Assembly: GCA_965240325.2 (NCBI GenBank)
Contig: OZ251230.1
Coordinates: forward strand, 2,046,001-2,110,000
Source of the DNA: Rebecca billardiae RCC1528
Lineage: Eukaryota > Protista > Haptophyta
Direction: 5' to 3'
Length of the DNA stretch: 64,000 bases
A program made the translations under genes and the position numbers. Every line of letters begins with the position of its first letter. The stretch's first letter is position 1. Below are positions 9,346 to 18,687 of this stretch, one piece after another. The notes beneath the pieces were generated by a model. That model was not told where the DNA came from. It saw only the letters and a program-made list of their open reading frames with translations, and searched no databases.

Positions 9346-12300
9346 GACGTTTGCGAGTCCTGGGCAAGGCTCAAGCGGAGCTCTTGACACGTGCGCGATG
9401 ACGAAGGCCTGCGGGCCTTTGGGAGCCTCCCTCGCCGCGCGAGAGGGTCTGAGCAATGCACGAGCGCCTGGCAGCGCTCGGTGCGGCGGCCGTGGGCCGA
9501 GAGAGCTGTTGAGGGGGGGGCTGCTGCGGGCTGGGCTGCAGCCCCTTCTGCCTGCTGCAGGAAGCCGTGCGGGCTGGGCTGCGGCCCCTTCTGCATGCTG
9601 CAGGAAAGCCGCTCGGGCTGACTGGGCACCTGCCACTTCTGCACGCTGCTGCAGGAAATCACGCATGCCTGTGTTGCCCGGCCGCTGCCCGCGGGCAGCG
9701 GAGCCTGCGCCTGCGCGTGCGAAGGAATCGGCCGCCGACGCACGCGCACGGACGCCGACGCGATTTGCCACAATGAATGCCCTTTGCTGCTGCGGCGCTG
9801 CGTGCCGCCATTTGCGGCAACCTCGTGCCTGCTGCTTGGGGCGATAATCGCTGAGCTCTGGGCTCTGAGTCCTGCTGCTCCGGATTCTGCGGCTGGATTT
9901 GCACAGCGCTTGCGTCTCCAGTACATTGCGGACCCCTTGTGAGCTTCGCGCCAGACCCACCAAACCAACTGCACAACAAAAGCACGTTATGACTACCGTG
10001 GTCAGTTGTATTGCCGTTTTCAGTAGTATGGGTCAAGAATATTGCCGCTTTTGGATAGTGTGTCAACAATATTGCCCCTCAAATACTGGGTTCAAACCAA
10101 TGACCCTTTCACACTACTTGGTTCACGAATATTGCCGTTTTCGAGCTTGAACATAGTCTGCTCAGAAATATTGCCCTTTCCATAACTATGTGTCAGTTGT
10201 ATTGCCGCCAGCAGCTGGTGGCTGGGGCACGACTCGCGCTCAGACAAGAGACTCGCGCAGCCCGTGTGCGCGTGCGTGCAGAGCTGCGACTGCCTGCGCG
10301 CGGCATGCAGGATACGCGACTGCAACCAACCGACATGCCATCATCATGCGGCCTGCGTAGCTCATCTTGACTTCCAGTAGCAGTCGGCGCTTCCCGTCGC
10401 CGTCGCGCTTGCTGCCCGCCGGCGGCCGGCCGCCAGCGCCATCGGGACAGCTGCTACTTCAGCGGCCACGTGAGCCGCATCGCGTCCCATGCCGCTGCAC
10501 GCGCCGCCTCAAGCTGCGACCGCGCTCGCCAAGCCTGCCACTCGGGTTCCAGCAGCAGCAGGAAGCGTCGCCTGCCCCTCCTGCTTGCTGGCTCGTCGAG
10601 GCGCGCGCGGCGCACCGCTCGCCGGTCGGTGCGTTGTGTTCCAGCTGGCAGTACGCCTTGGACTTCCTCCTCCACGGGCCAATCAGCCTGCGTTGACGAG
10701 TGCGACTGGCGCACGGTCAGCCACCTGCACACGGTTGGCCACAGGGCAGTCTGCTATTGGAGTGATGACAATCGCAAAAAGGCACGCGCCAGCAGTGTTG
10801 CACGAGCGAGAGCGACGCGCGTTGGTTGATCGCCACGGTGTGAATGACAGTCGATGGCAGGGAGTGAGGGGGACGCGCGTCGCGTTGGTCAAGCTCCTTG
10901 AGGCCGTTGAAGAGCACACGCCCGTCGTGCACGTTCGACTCCCGCGAATCGGGGCGCAGCAACACACGCTCACCCTGCTTCACGCATGCACCTGCATGCG
11001 CTGCCGTCGCAATGTCATCGACTGCGCGCTTGACGGTCCCGGAGTCGAAGTGAGCACGGAGCAACGCCGATTCGGTAGAAGTCGCGACGGATTCTCGCCC
11101 GTCTCCGCGTAGACGGCGAGTAGCCCGAGGTGCACGCGCGTGTTGCACTGCGCGCGCATGCGGCAGCGTTTGTGCAGATTCCGGTCCACGGTTCAGGTCG
11201 TCGTTCGGCTTGATGATGTCGAGGAACACGGCGCTACCCCGGCAGAGATCGTCGTCGTTGAACGTCACTCTTCTGGCCTGGGATCAGCTAGGCCTGCTCA
11301 AGGGCACGCCGCGCACGCCGGCGGCGCGTGGGCGCCAGCGCCATCATCAGCGCATGGGCGATCGCGGCAACAAACCTGAATCAAAGATGCGCAAACGGCA
11401 ACACAACTGACCCACACTACGCGACGGCAATACAGCTGGACAAAGTATTGGGCCATCATCCACGGCAATACACCCAAAGGAATATACACCTGACACAAGT
11501 ATTCGACGTTGGCAACAAGATTGACACGTGATTCCCAAACATGGAAAACGGCAATACAACTGACCACGGTAGTCAAAACGTGCGTTTGGCAATACACCTG
11601 ACCACACTTTCCAAAACGGCAATACAGCTGACATTATCTCATATTATAATATGATCGGAAGTGCGCAGTAATAACTGCTGCGCGCAGAGCAGTGCGGGCC
11701 GACTCGACGGTCGACCGGCGACGCAGTGCCGCACGGTGAGTGGCCGTGCCCGACGACAAGTGATGATGATGTGATATATAATATGAGCGCGCCGCATTCT
11801 GAGGTGCAGACTGCAGAGCAGTCGTGGGGCACCGTGGCCAGACCCCGCACGCGGACCGCCGAGCACTTAATTGACGACTGCTTGGTAATTACGTTCATAA
11901 TAATTGCGGTCATATCACGCGCACTAGTAGTTGCGGGTTATCGCACGACTATACTCGGACTTTCGGAGGCATATGTTGGGCAGCCGCGGCGGCGCGGCCC
12001 GCCCGGCGGCGGCTGCCCAACGATATGCTGACGATACCCAAGTGCTCGGGTCGTGCCCACTGCCCAGACCTGCCCTGACGACCCGCCGGCCCCGGCCCGC
12101 GGCGCCGGCGGCGCCGTAGTTGCAGTCGCACGGTGCTGCCAACGAAGGCCCATCAATAATATATATATATATTATATTACAACTAAGCTAGCCGCTGATG
12201 CGGCTGCCCCATCGTCGGTGATCGTCATCGCGTCAATCGACAATCGTCATCGATTAATAATGCAGCGACTTATTGTATGGCGCGCGCCATATCCCATCGT

Positions 12301-13127
12301 CAGATAATAGTTGTCTGCTGAGGGCTGACGAACTATGACTATACTCATTCTATTTCTACCACACGGCGGATTTAACGACTACACAGGTTCGCCGAGCCGA
12401 CCCCCGCCGCCCGGGGGCGGGCTGCTGGGCGCACGAGCGCGAGCTAGCCGCCGGCGTGAAGCCGAAGTGGAGCCAACTCGTCATTCAACTCGCAGGCGGC
12501 CCGGCTCCTGCGGCCGACCGCCCTGCGCGCGCATCCGCCTGCCTGCTTTGGCGCGGAGGCAAACCCGGTCCCGTACGGCCCAGCCTGCCGCCGCCACGCG
12601 GCGGCCAGTCGGGGTGTCGTGTCGCGATTTGCGGGTGCGCGCCTCGCGGAGCAGGTGGCACTGACCCGCCCGGTCGCTTCCGTACAACGAAATTCCCTCG
12701 CAAGCGCCCGCGAACGCTGTTCCTCACCGCGGGCTCGTCAGGGCCCATGTGCGCACCCGGGTGCCACTGTCGAGCCAGTCTGGTGCGAGCACCGAACGAT
12801 GGTGCGGGCCGGGAGGCGTGGTGCGCGACACCACCAAGGCCGCGGGCCAGCTAGGCACCGCTTGCGCGCCCACCAGTAGCCTGTGGGCCAACCACGCGTT
12901 CAACCGTGCACCCGATGGCAGTCACGGTGCTCTGCGCCTGCGGCTGGAGCGCGCTGTGCGCTCAGGGGCGAGTGGCCGCCAAGTTGCCGGGTAGACGCGG
13001 TGCGCACGCTCTGGCAGCTGCGGATCAGCATCCTGCGAAGCTCTGCTGGCCCCACCTGAATGCTCGCAGCACCCACCACACGGCCAGCCGGCCGTAAAGG
13101 CGCACACGCCGTGCGCCAAGATGCCGT

Positions 13128-13763
13128 GTGTGGCCAGTCGTTTCGCCTGACGAACGGGGAACTTATTACAGTTTATTTGTTTTAACGTGCGTAAGGCTTA
13201 CGCCGCCAACCGCGGCCGCGCCGTCGGACGGGCCCGAGGTGCAACAGGCCAGGCCGGTGCTCGGGGAGTCCAACAACCGCTTGGTGCTGCTCCCCGGCGC
13301 CGCGGCGGCTGGCAACCGCGCGGTGGCCGAGCCGTCCACGCCGGCGGTGGAGGGTGGGCCTCCCTCCGCCGGCGGGGGCGACGCCAAGCCGCCCAAGCAG
13401 GCCCGCACCGACCCCCCCGGCGCCGCCCCCCGTGCTCTGGCTGCTGCCGCGCCGTTGTCGCTGGCCTAGAGCCGCGCGCGGCGCTGGCGCGCCAGGTGCG
13501 CCCAGCCGGGCAGGGCAGGCATCCTGATCCTCAGCGGCCAGGGCGACGACATCCTCAACGGCAAGGGCGACGACTTCCTCTGCGGCCAGGGCGACGACTT
13601 CCTCAACGGCAAGGACGACGACTTCCTCAACGGCAAGGGCGACTACTCCCTCAACTCGGCAAGGCCACTAGGCCGCGCACACCGGCCCGGGCGACCACAC
13701 CCACTACCTGCACTACGGCATCAACTTGAACAGCCTCGGTCGACGACGCGGGCAACTACATGA
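13128..13763 (+). pseudogene. Degenerate coding fragment with 24-bp repeats encoding G[QK]GDD[IF]LN (RTX/hemolysin Ca-binding-like)
   Basis: 13536-13655 reads GQGDDILNGKGDDFLCGQGDDFLNGKDDDFLNGKGDYSLN. It is in frame with ORF 13128-13469 but lies downstream of the TAG at 13467-13469. Confidence 0.4.
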
Positions 13764-14087
13764 TGACCAAGGCCGACGACGACTGCAAAACAGCGGCATC
13801 CCCGGGCGCCTACTACCTCAGTGACCATGTGCTCAGCATCGGATACGACGACTCCCTCACCCGCGGCCAACGCGCTCCGACATCCTCCATTGAACTCCAT
13901 TCAGTACTTCGACAGACGAATCAGGAGAGCTGCGCCCTCGTGCCTGTGTCTTTAAATCATAGAATTAGTCAGTGACGAAACGAAACTGCATGGCGCAAGA
14001 TATTGATTGACGCCATCCAACACTATCGCCTTCAGTCGCTGGACGCGGCGGGGCAGGCGCCCGTCGGCATCGGCGCGCTGCTGCAGG

Positions 14088-15263
14088 ATGGTGGGGCGGA
14101 TCGCTCGCCCCCCGTGTATCGTGACGGTGCTTCTGGCGGCGCGGCTCGGCGCGGCGCTAAGCGCGATCCCGCCCGCGCTCCCGCCGCCGCCCACGACGTC
14201 GCCCTTCCTCTGGCCACGCGAGCAGGTCGACGCGTACACCGCTGCGCGGCTGCGCAGGATCGCGGATTATTACACCAACGTGACGCGCCTGCCGTGCACC
14301 TCCTCCGTGCCCGCCATCGTCGGCGCGGGCTGCAGCGGCCAGCGCGCGAGCAACTGCTCGACGGCGGCGATCGCGCTCGACGAGCGCCTGGAGGCGCGCG
14401 TGTGGCGCGAGTGCTGGGGCTCGATGTCGATGCTCGCGCTGCCGCAGGGCATGCCCAAGCGCCGGACGGTGCTGCTCAAGAGGGCGCTGGACTTCATGCA
14501 CTGGTTCGAGTGGAAGGGCGAAGCGCGTCGCCCGCTGCTGCGCGACCTCGCCGTGCGCCCGGCGCGGCGCTTTGGCGAGTGCGCCGTCACGTCCGGGCTC
14601 TATCCGGCCAACGAGTCGGACATCCCGGCGCTGGACGCGATGCTGACGGGCACGCGCGGGCCGCTCATCCGGCCCAACCACATGTGCGCCGAGTCGATCC
14701 GACCGCGCACCTCGCCGGGCAAGCGGCCACCGTACCACCGCCGCCCCGTGGACATATCGGTGATCAACGGCGGCGTGAACTCGGCCTACGTCTGCGGCGC
14801 GTGCAACGTGGAGGTGCCGGTACCGCGCACCGGGCTGGCGCTGGTCGTGCGGCCGCTCGACGTGTCGACGTTCGTCAACGCGCGCAAGTGCCTCAACGCG
14901 AGCCAGCCCAACGTCTCGTTCAGCGTCGCGTCGGTCGCGACGGTGCGGCTGGCGTACGTCCTCTCTGCGGCCTTCTCCGAGCGCAGCATCTGGCCGTACA
15001 CGCACCCCAACATGATCCGCTCGCCGGTGCCGTCAACCGGCTTCCTGGCCGTGGTGTTCGCGCTGCTGCACTGCGAGCGCGTCGTGCTGTACGGCTTCGG
15101 CGGGCCGCTCGCCGTGGGCGGCCACCTGATGGGCGACCGGCACGACGTGCTCTCCGAGCGCCGTGCGGTCGCCGCGCTGAGCGTGCCCAAGCACGAGCGC
15201 AGCCGGCTCGCGCGCGAGGTGCTGATGGCCACCGGCGCGCAGTCCGTGCGGCTCGTCTACTGA
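14088..15263 (+). CDS. Glycosyltransferase family 29 (sialyltransferase-like) protein
   Basis: N-terminal hydrophobic segment (CIVTVLLAARLGAALSA). Divergent sialylmotif L (RRFGECAV...LDAM...LIRPN), clear sialylmotif S (PSTGFLAVVFALLHCERVVLYGF) and VS motif (HDVLSE). ATG at 14088. Confidence 0.8.
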   Translation: MVGRIARPPCIVTVLLAARLGAALSAIPPALPPPPTTSPFLWPREQVDAYTAARLRRIADYYTNVTRLPCTSSVPAIVGAGCSGQRASNCSTAAIALDERLEARVWRECWGSMSMLALPQGMPKRRTVLLKRALDFMHWFEWKGEARRPLLRDLAVRPARRFGECAVTSGLYPANESDIPALDAMLTGTRGPLIRPNHMCAESIRPRTSPGKRPPYHRRPVDISVINGGVNSAYVCGACNVEVPVPRTGLALVVRPLDVSTFVNARKCLNASQPNVSFSVASVATVRLAYVLSAAFSERSIWPYTHPNMIRSPVPSTGFLAVVFALLHCERVVLYGFGGPLAVGGHLMGDRHDVLSERRAVAALSVPKHERSRLAREVLMATGAQSVRLVY

Positions 15264-15384
15264 GTACGGACGTACCGACGCGCGTGCCGACGCGCGGCGC
15301 GGAGCGCGCCTCGTATATATAGAGAGAGAGAGAGACGAGAGAGAGCGCGCATATTCATTCATCAATGATTCCGATGGCCGTCAT

Positions 15385-15457
15385 GCGGCGCACGTGGCGC
15401 CCGGGGCGGCACGCGCCGACCCGGGCGGGGGCGCTGCGCACGACGAATAATTATTCG

Positions 15458-15494
<37 letters not shown>

Positions 15495-15758
15495 CATATA
15501 TATATATATATATAACTTCGATCGAGACGACGGCTGACGGCGCGTGTCATCACTCATAGCCATATAGTCATTATTATTATAGCAGCGTGGCACCGCGACC
15601 ACCGCGGTGGCGCGCGCGCGTCGACGCCAGACGCCGACTGCAACGGTGCGTCGGGCTTCCGCTCGGCGATGGAGTGATCCGCCGCAGTGATGGCGGGCGA
15701 CTACGAGGGTGGGGGGGGACGATGACGGCGAGGAGCGCTGATCCTGGTGTTTGTCCCT
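15385..15758 (+). repeat. Dispersed repeat family 1, copy A (homologous to 56770-57038)
   Basis: Colinear shared blocks GGGGGCGCTGCGCACGACGA, GAGACGACGGCTGACG, GCGTGGCACCG.GACCACCGCGGTGG, GTCGACGCCAGACG, GGGCGACTACGAGGG and ATCCTGGTGTTTGTCCCT. Confidence 0.85.
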
Positions 15759-16849
15759 ATTGACCTGTGTGAGAATCAAGGGTCGACGGGCGTCGGCCAA
15801 CCCGCGGTCGCCGTCGCGCCTCGCGGGCCGTCGGCCACAGGATAGTTACCCACTTTCGAGTTAATCGGCTTTGACAGACGCCCGGACGGCGTCGGTTTTC
15901 GCCCGTTCATCGGCCAGTGGCCGACTACTGCGACGAATAATAATATATATATAAATTCATGAATACTATATATATATGAATATATATATTCATATTTTAT
16001 GGCCCGCGGTGCAGGGCGGAACGCGCAGCGTGGACGGTGGCGGGTGGAGCCCGCGGCGCGGACACTACTGTCACTACTATTAACACTACTGTCATCACTA
16101 TTATTATAATATAATCACGGTATTTAGCGCGAATTCAAAATTATTAAGAATATATGATCTGCTGCTTTGATATCAGCAAAGAAATAATGGCGCACGGCCC
16201 CCCCCCCCGAAAGGTCTGAGCGTGAGCGAAAGCCGGGGGGGGGGGGGCGGCGCACGTGCTCCGCAAAATCAAAAAGAGGATGCGCGCAGGATTTTGGGGA
16301 TTTTTCGGTAGGTGGCCACCGCGTATGAGTGGATATCGCTGCCGCAATGATTGCGTTTGTAGTAGATGCTAATTTTAACGATAGTAACACTTAGGGGAAT
16401 GCAGGGTGGAATAGCACATAACACCAGCCGTGTGTTAGAACATTCCGTCATAGTAAGATGCCTGAATTGTAAGAGCCTGAAACAGCTCGCCAACCATAGA
16501 AACGATAGGTTGGGTCGTCAGCTTTGATTCACGCGCTTCTGAAAAACAGCGTTTTAGATTAGACGCATCCCTCTTCTCTTAAGAGAACTGCGCTAGAATA
16601 GTGTGGTGAGTGTGTCCTGGACAGCCTGAGCGGAAAGGTCAATAATCACGGTTGTGATTCAAGATTCCTCACCCCGTATTGCCAACTGATTCAAAGCCAA
16701 TGCGGGTATGAATCGACGCGTTTGTGCTCTATCTGCGATCAATAAGAGCTCTCTGATTCAAATGGGTGTACGCTGTCCTGGACAGACTCTGATCAATATT
16801 GATGATCGGCACGAAAAGTTGCGCGTGACGGCTCGGTGACGACGATCCA

Positions 16850-18127
16850 ACGGCAAAGTGCCGCGGGTGCGGCGGCGTCGGTGCGGCGGAGGCGGAGGCG
16901 GAGGCGTCGGGGGAGGCGGCTGAAGGGAGCGAGGGCGATGGTGGCGGCGCAGTCGAGGGAGGTGCGCCGAATGGCATGTCCGTCCTCACCCTCGCCGGCG
17001 GCGGCCGCCCGCGTGCCGCCGCCGCCGCGGCTCCGCGGCTTGCTGGCGACCGGACTGCACGGGTGATGCGACCGGACGCGCCGATGCTGCGCGCGTACGG
17101 GGTGGCGCAGCTGCTGCTCGAGGTGATCGCGCACTGCGCGCTCGACCCCGCCGAGCCCGCCGCATGCGCCACCCTCTCCGCAGGCTGCGTCGCAAATCTG
17201 ACCTATCCGGTCGACAGGCGTCTGCACTCGGACCGCGCGGCGGTGCGGCGCGAGGCCGAGCGCGGGAGCCTGGGCGGCGGCGGGCGCGCGGCGGGGCATG
17301 TGCTGCCCGAGAGGCTGGCGCACTCGCCCAGCGCCGCCGCGCACACCGCCGCCGACCTCGCGCGCACGACCTCCGTCAACTCCTCCGTCAGCGGCGGAGA
17401 GCGCGTCGCGTCACGCCGCCCACGCGGCTGGTCGCTGCCGCCCAGCCGGTTCGTCATCCGAGCGCAGTCGCCCGGCGGCGGCGGGGCGGATCGGAGGCGG
17501 CGGCGTCGGAGGGCGGCGTCGGAGGGCGGCGTCGGAGGGCGGCGTCGGAGGGCGGAGCGGAGGGCGGCGGCGCGCCGCCGCCGCCGCCCGACGGGCTGCC
17601 GCGATCGCCGCTCGCCGCCGCGATCGCCGCCGCCGACGGCAGCGGCGGCGCGCGGGCGCCCGCAGCGCGCGCCGGGCCGGTCGCCGCCTGGGTGGTGGGA
17701 CCGCCGCTGGGGGGCGGGGCGGGCGGAGGAGATGGCGGTGGCGAAGGAGGACGCGGTGGTGGACGTGGACGTCACGCAGTCCGGGCTGCACTGGCTCATC
17801 CACCTCCTCTCCGCACTCGACCCGCCGCCGTCACCGACGGCGCAGCAGCTGGCGGCGGCGCGACGGACGGTGGCGGGCGCGGGCGCGGCCGAAGCGGGCG
17901 CGCGCCGCGCGCGCCGCTGCGGCGGCGTGGAGCGGCGGGAGCTGAGCGGCGCGCTGCTGCACACGCAGTCACGCTGCGCTTACGTGCTGCAGGACGCTGT
18001 GCGAGCGCGCCACCGCCGACGCCGTCGCGCCGCCGCTGCCCCCGCCGCACCGGCACCGTCCGACCGTCCGACCGTGTCGTCACAAGCCGCGGCTGCTGCT
18101 CACATTCACAAGCTGCGTGATCGGTGA
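16850..18127 (+). pseudogene. Hypothetical protein or truncated gene fragment
   Basis: GC-rich, protein-like reading frame (LRAYGVAQLLLEVIAHCALD..., VDVTQSGLHWLIHLLSAL..., LSGALLHTQSRCAYVLQD) between AT-richer flanks. It has an internal 13-bp GGCGGCGTCGGAG repeat (x3) and no recognisable domain or convincing start. Confidence 0.35.
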
Positions 18128-18420
18128 CTCTGAGCACTAGCCACTAGGGCCGTGCGCCCCCAACTTCGTTGTTCACTACCCGAAGATCGGCGTAGCCGAT
18201 CATAATAAATAAATATATAAATAAATAAACCGGGGCGGCCGGGCAACGGCGTACTGATATATATACGGGGACGATATTATAGTTAGGGCTCGGGTGCATG
18301 ATCGATGACCGTCGACTACCGAGTTTCGATTTTTGTTTGATTCACCTCCTTTACTCAGCATATATTTAACGACGACGTCATCGTGCGTGGTATATGCTAC
18401 TGCAATGCCGCGGCAATAAA

Positions 18421-18597
18421 CGACGGGCAAGCGTCAGGCGCTCATGCAGAGTGCGCAGCAGACGACACATCATCATTGATGAATGCGTCCGCGCCTTCCG
18501 ACCAGGTCAGGCACTGTGCGACCCGGCCCCTGCTAGCACGGCCCTGCCCCCTAGCTACGGAAGCGGGGCCGGGATGCCCGCCGGATGGAGCACCGGC
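18421..18597 (+). repeat. Dispersed repeat family 2, copy A (homologous to 46771-46900)
   Basis: Shared colinear blocks CAAGCGTCAGGC, GAATGCGTCCGCGCCTTC, CCAGGTCAG, GCCCTGCCCCCT, AGCGGGGCCGGGATG and GGAGCACCG. Confidence 0.8.
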
Positions 18598-18687
18598 ACA
18601 GGTAGGACGACGCGGGTCTGCTCCTGATTCGTCGTACTGAGTCTGCACGACGGCGCCTTTTTGGCGCCTTTTTGGCGCGTGGGCCCG

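Larger units (their letters stand above)
2938..9977. mobile_element. 7,040-bp non-coding element with split or tandem direct repeats (A1...B1A2...B2), inserted without a TSD into the MULE left TIR
   Basis: A1 2938-3129 matches A2 8031-8214 apart from one 8-nt indel. B1 7815-8030 and B2 9762-9977 (216 bp) are identical by eye. Removing 2938-9977 restores TATTGCC|AAAAGCACG, which matches the right TIR (TATTGCCAAACGCACG). Confidence 0.8.
2885..11640. mobile_element. Non-autonomous Mutator-like (MULE/Foldback-type) DNA transposon, about 1,716 bp once the nested insertion is removed
   Basis: Perfect 9-bp TSD ATATTATAA at 2876-2884 and 11641-11649. The termini read GAGCCGACGTCAG (left) and GAGATAATGTCAG (right, reverse complement; Mu-like GAGATAAT start). 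The left TIR (2885-2937 joined to 9978 onward) aligns with the reverse complement of about 11545-11640. Repeated GTCAGTTGTATTGCC/AATATTGCC subterminal motifs occur at both ends. No transposase is recognisable. Confidence 0.88.
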
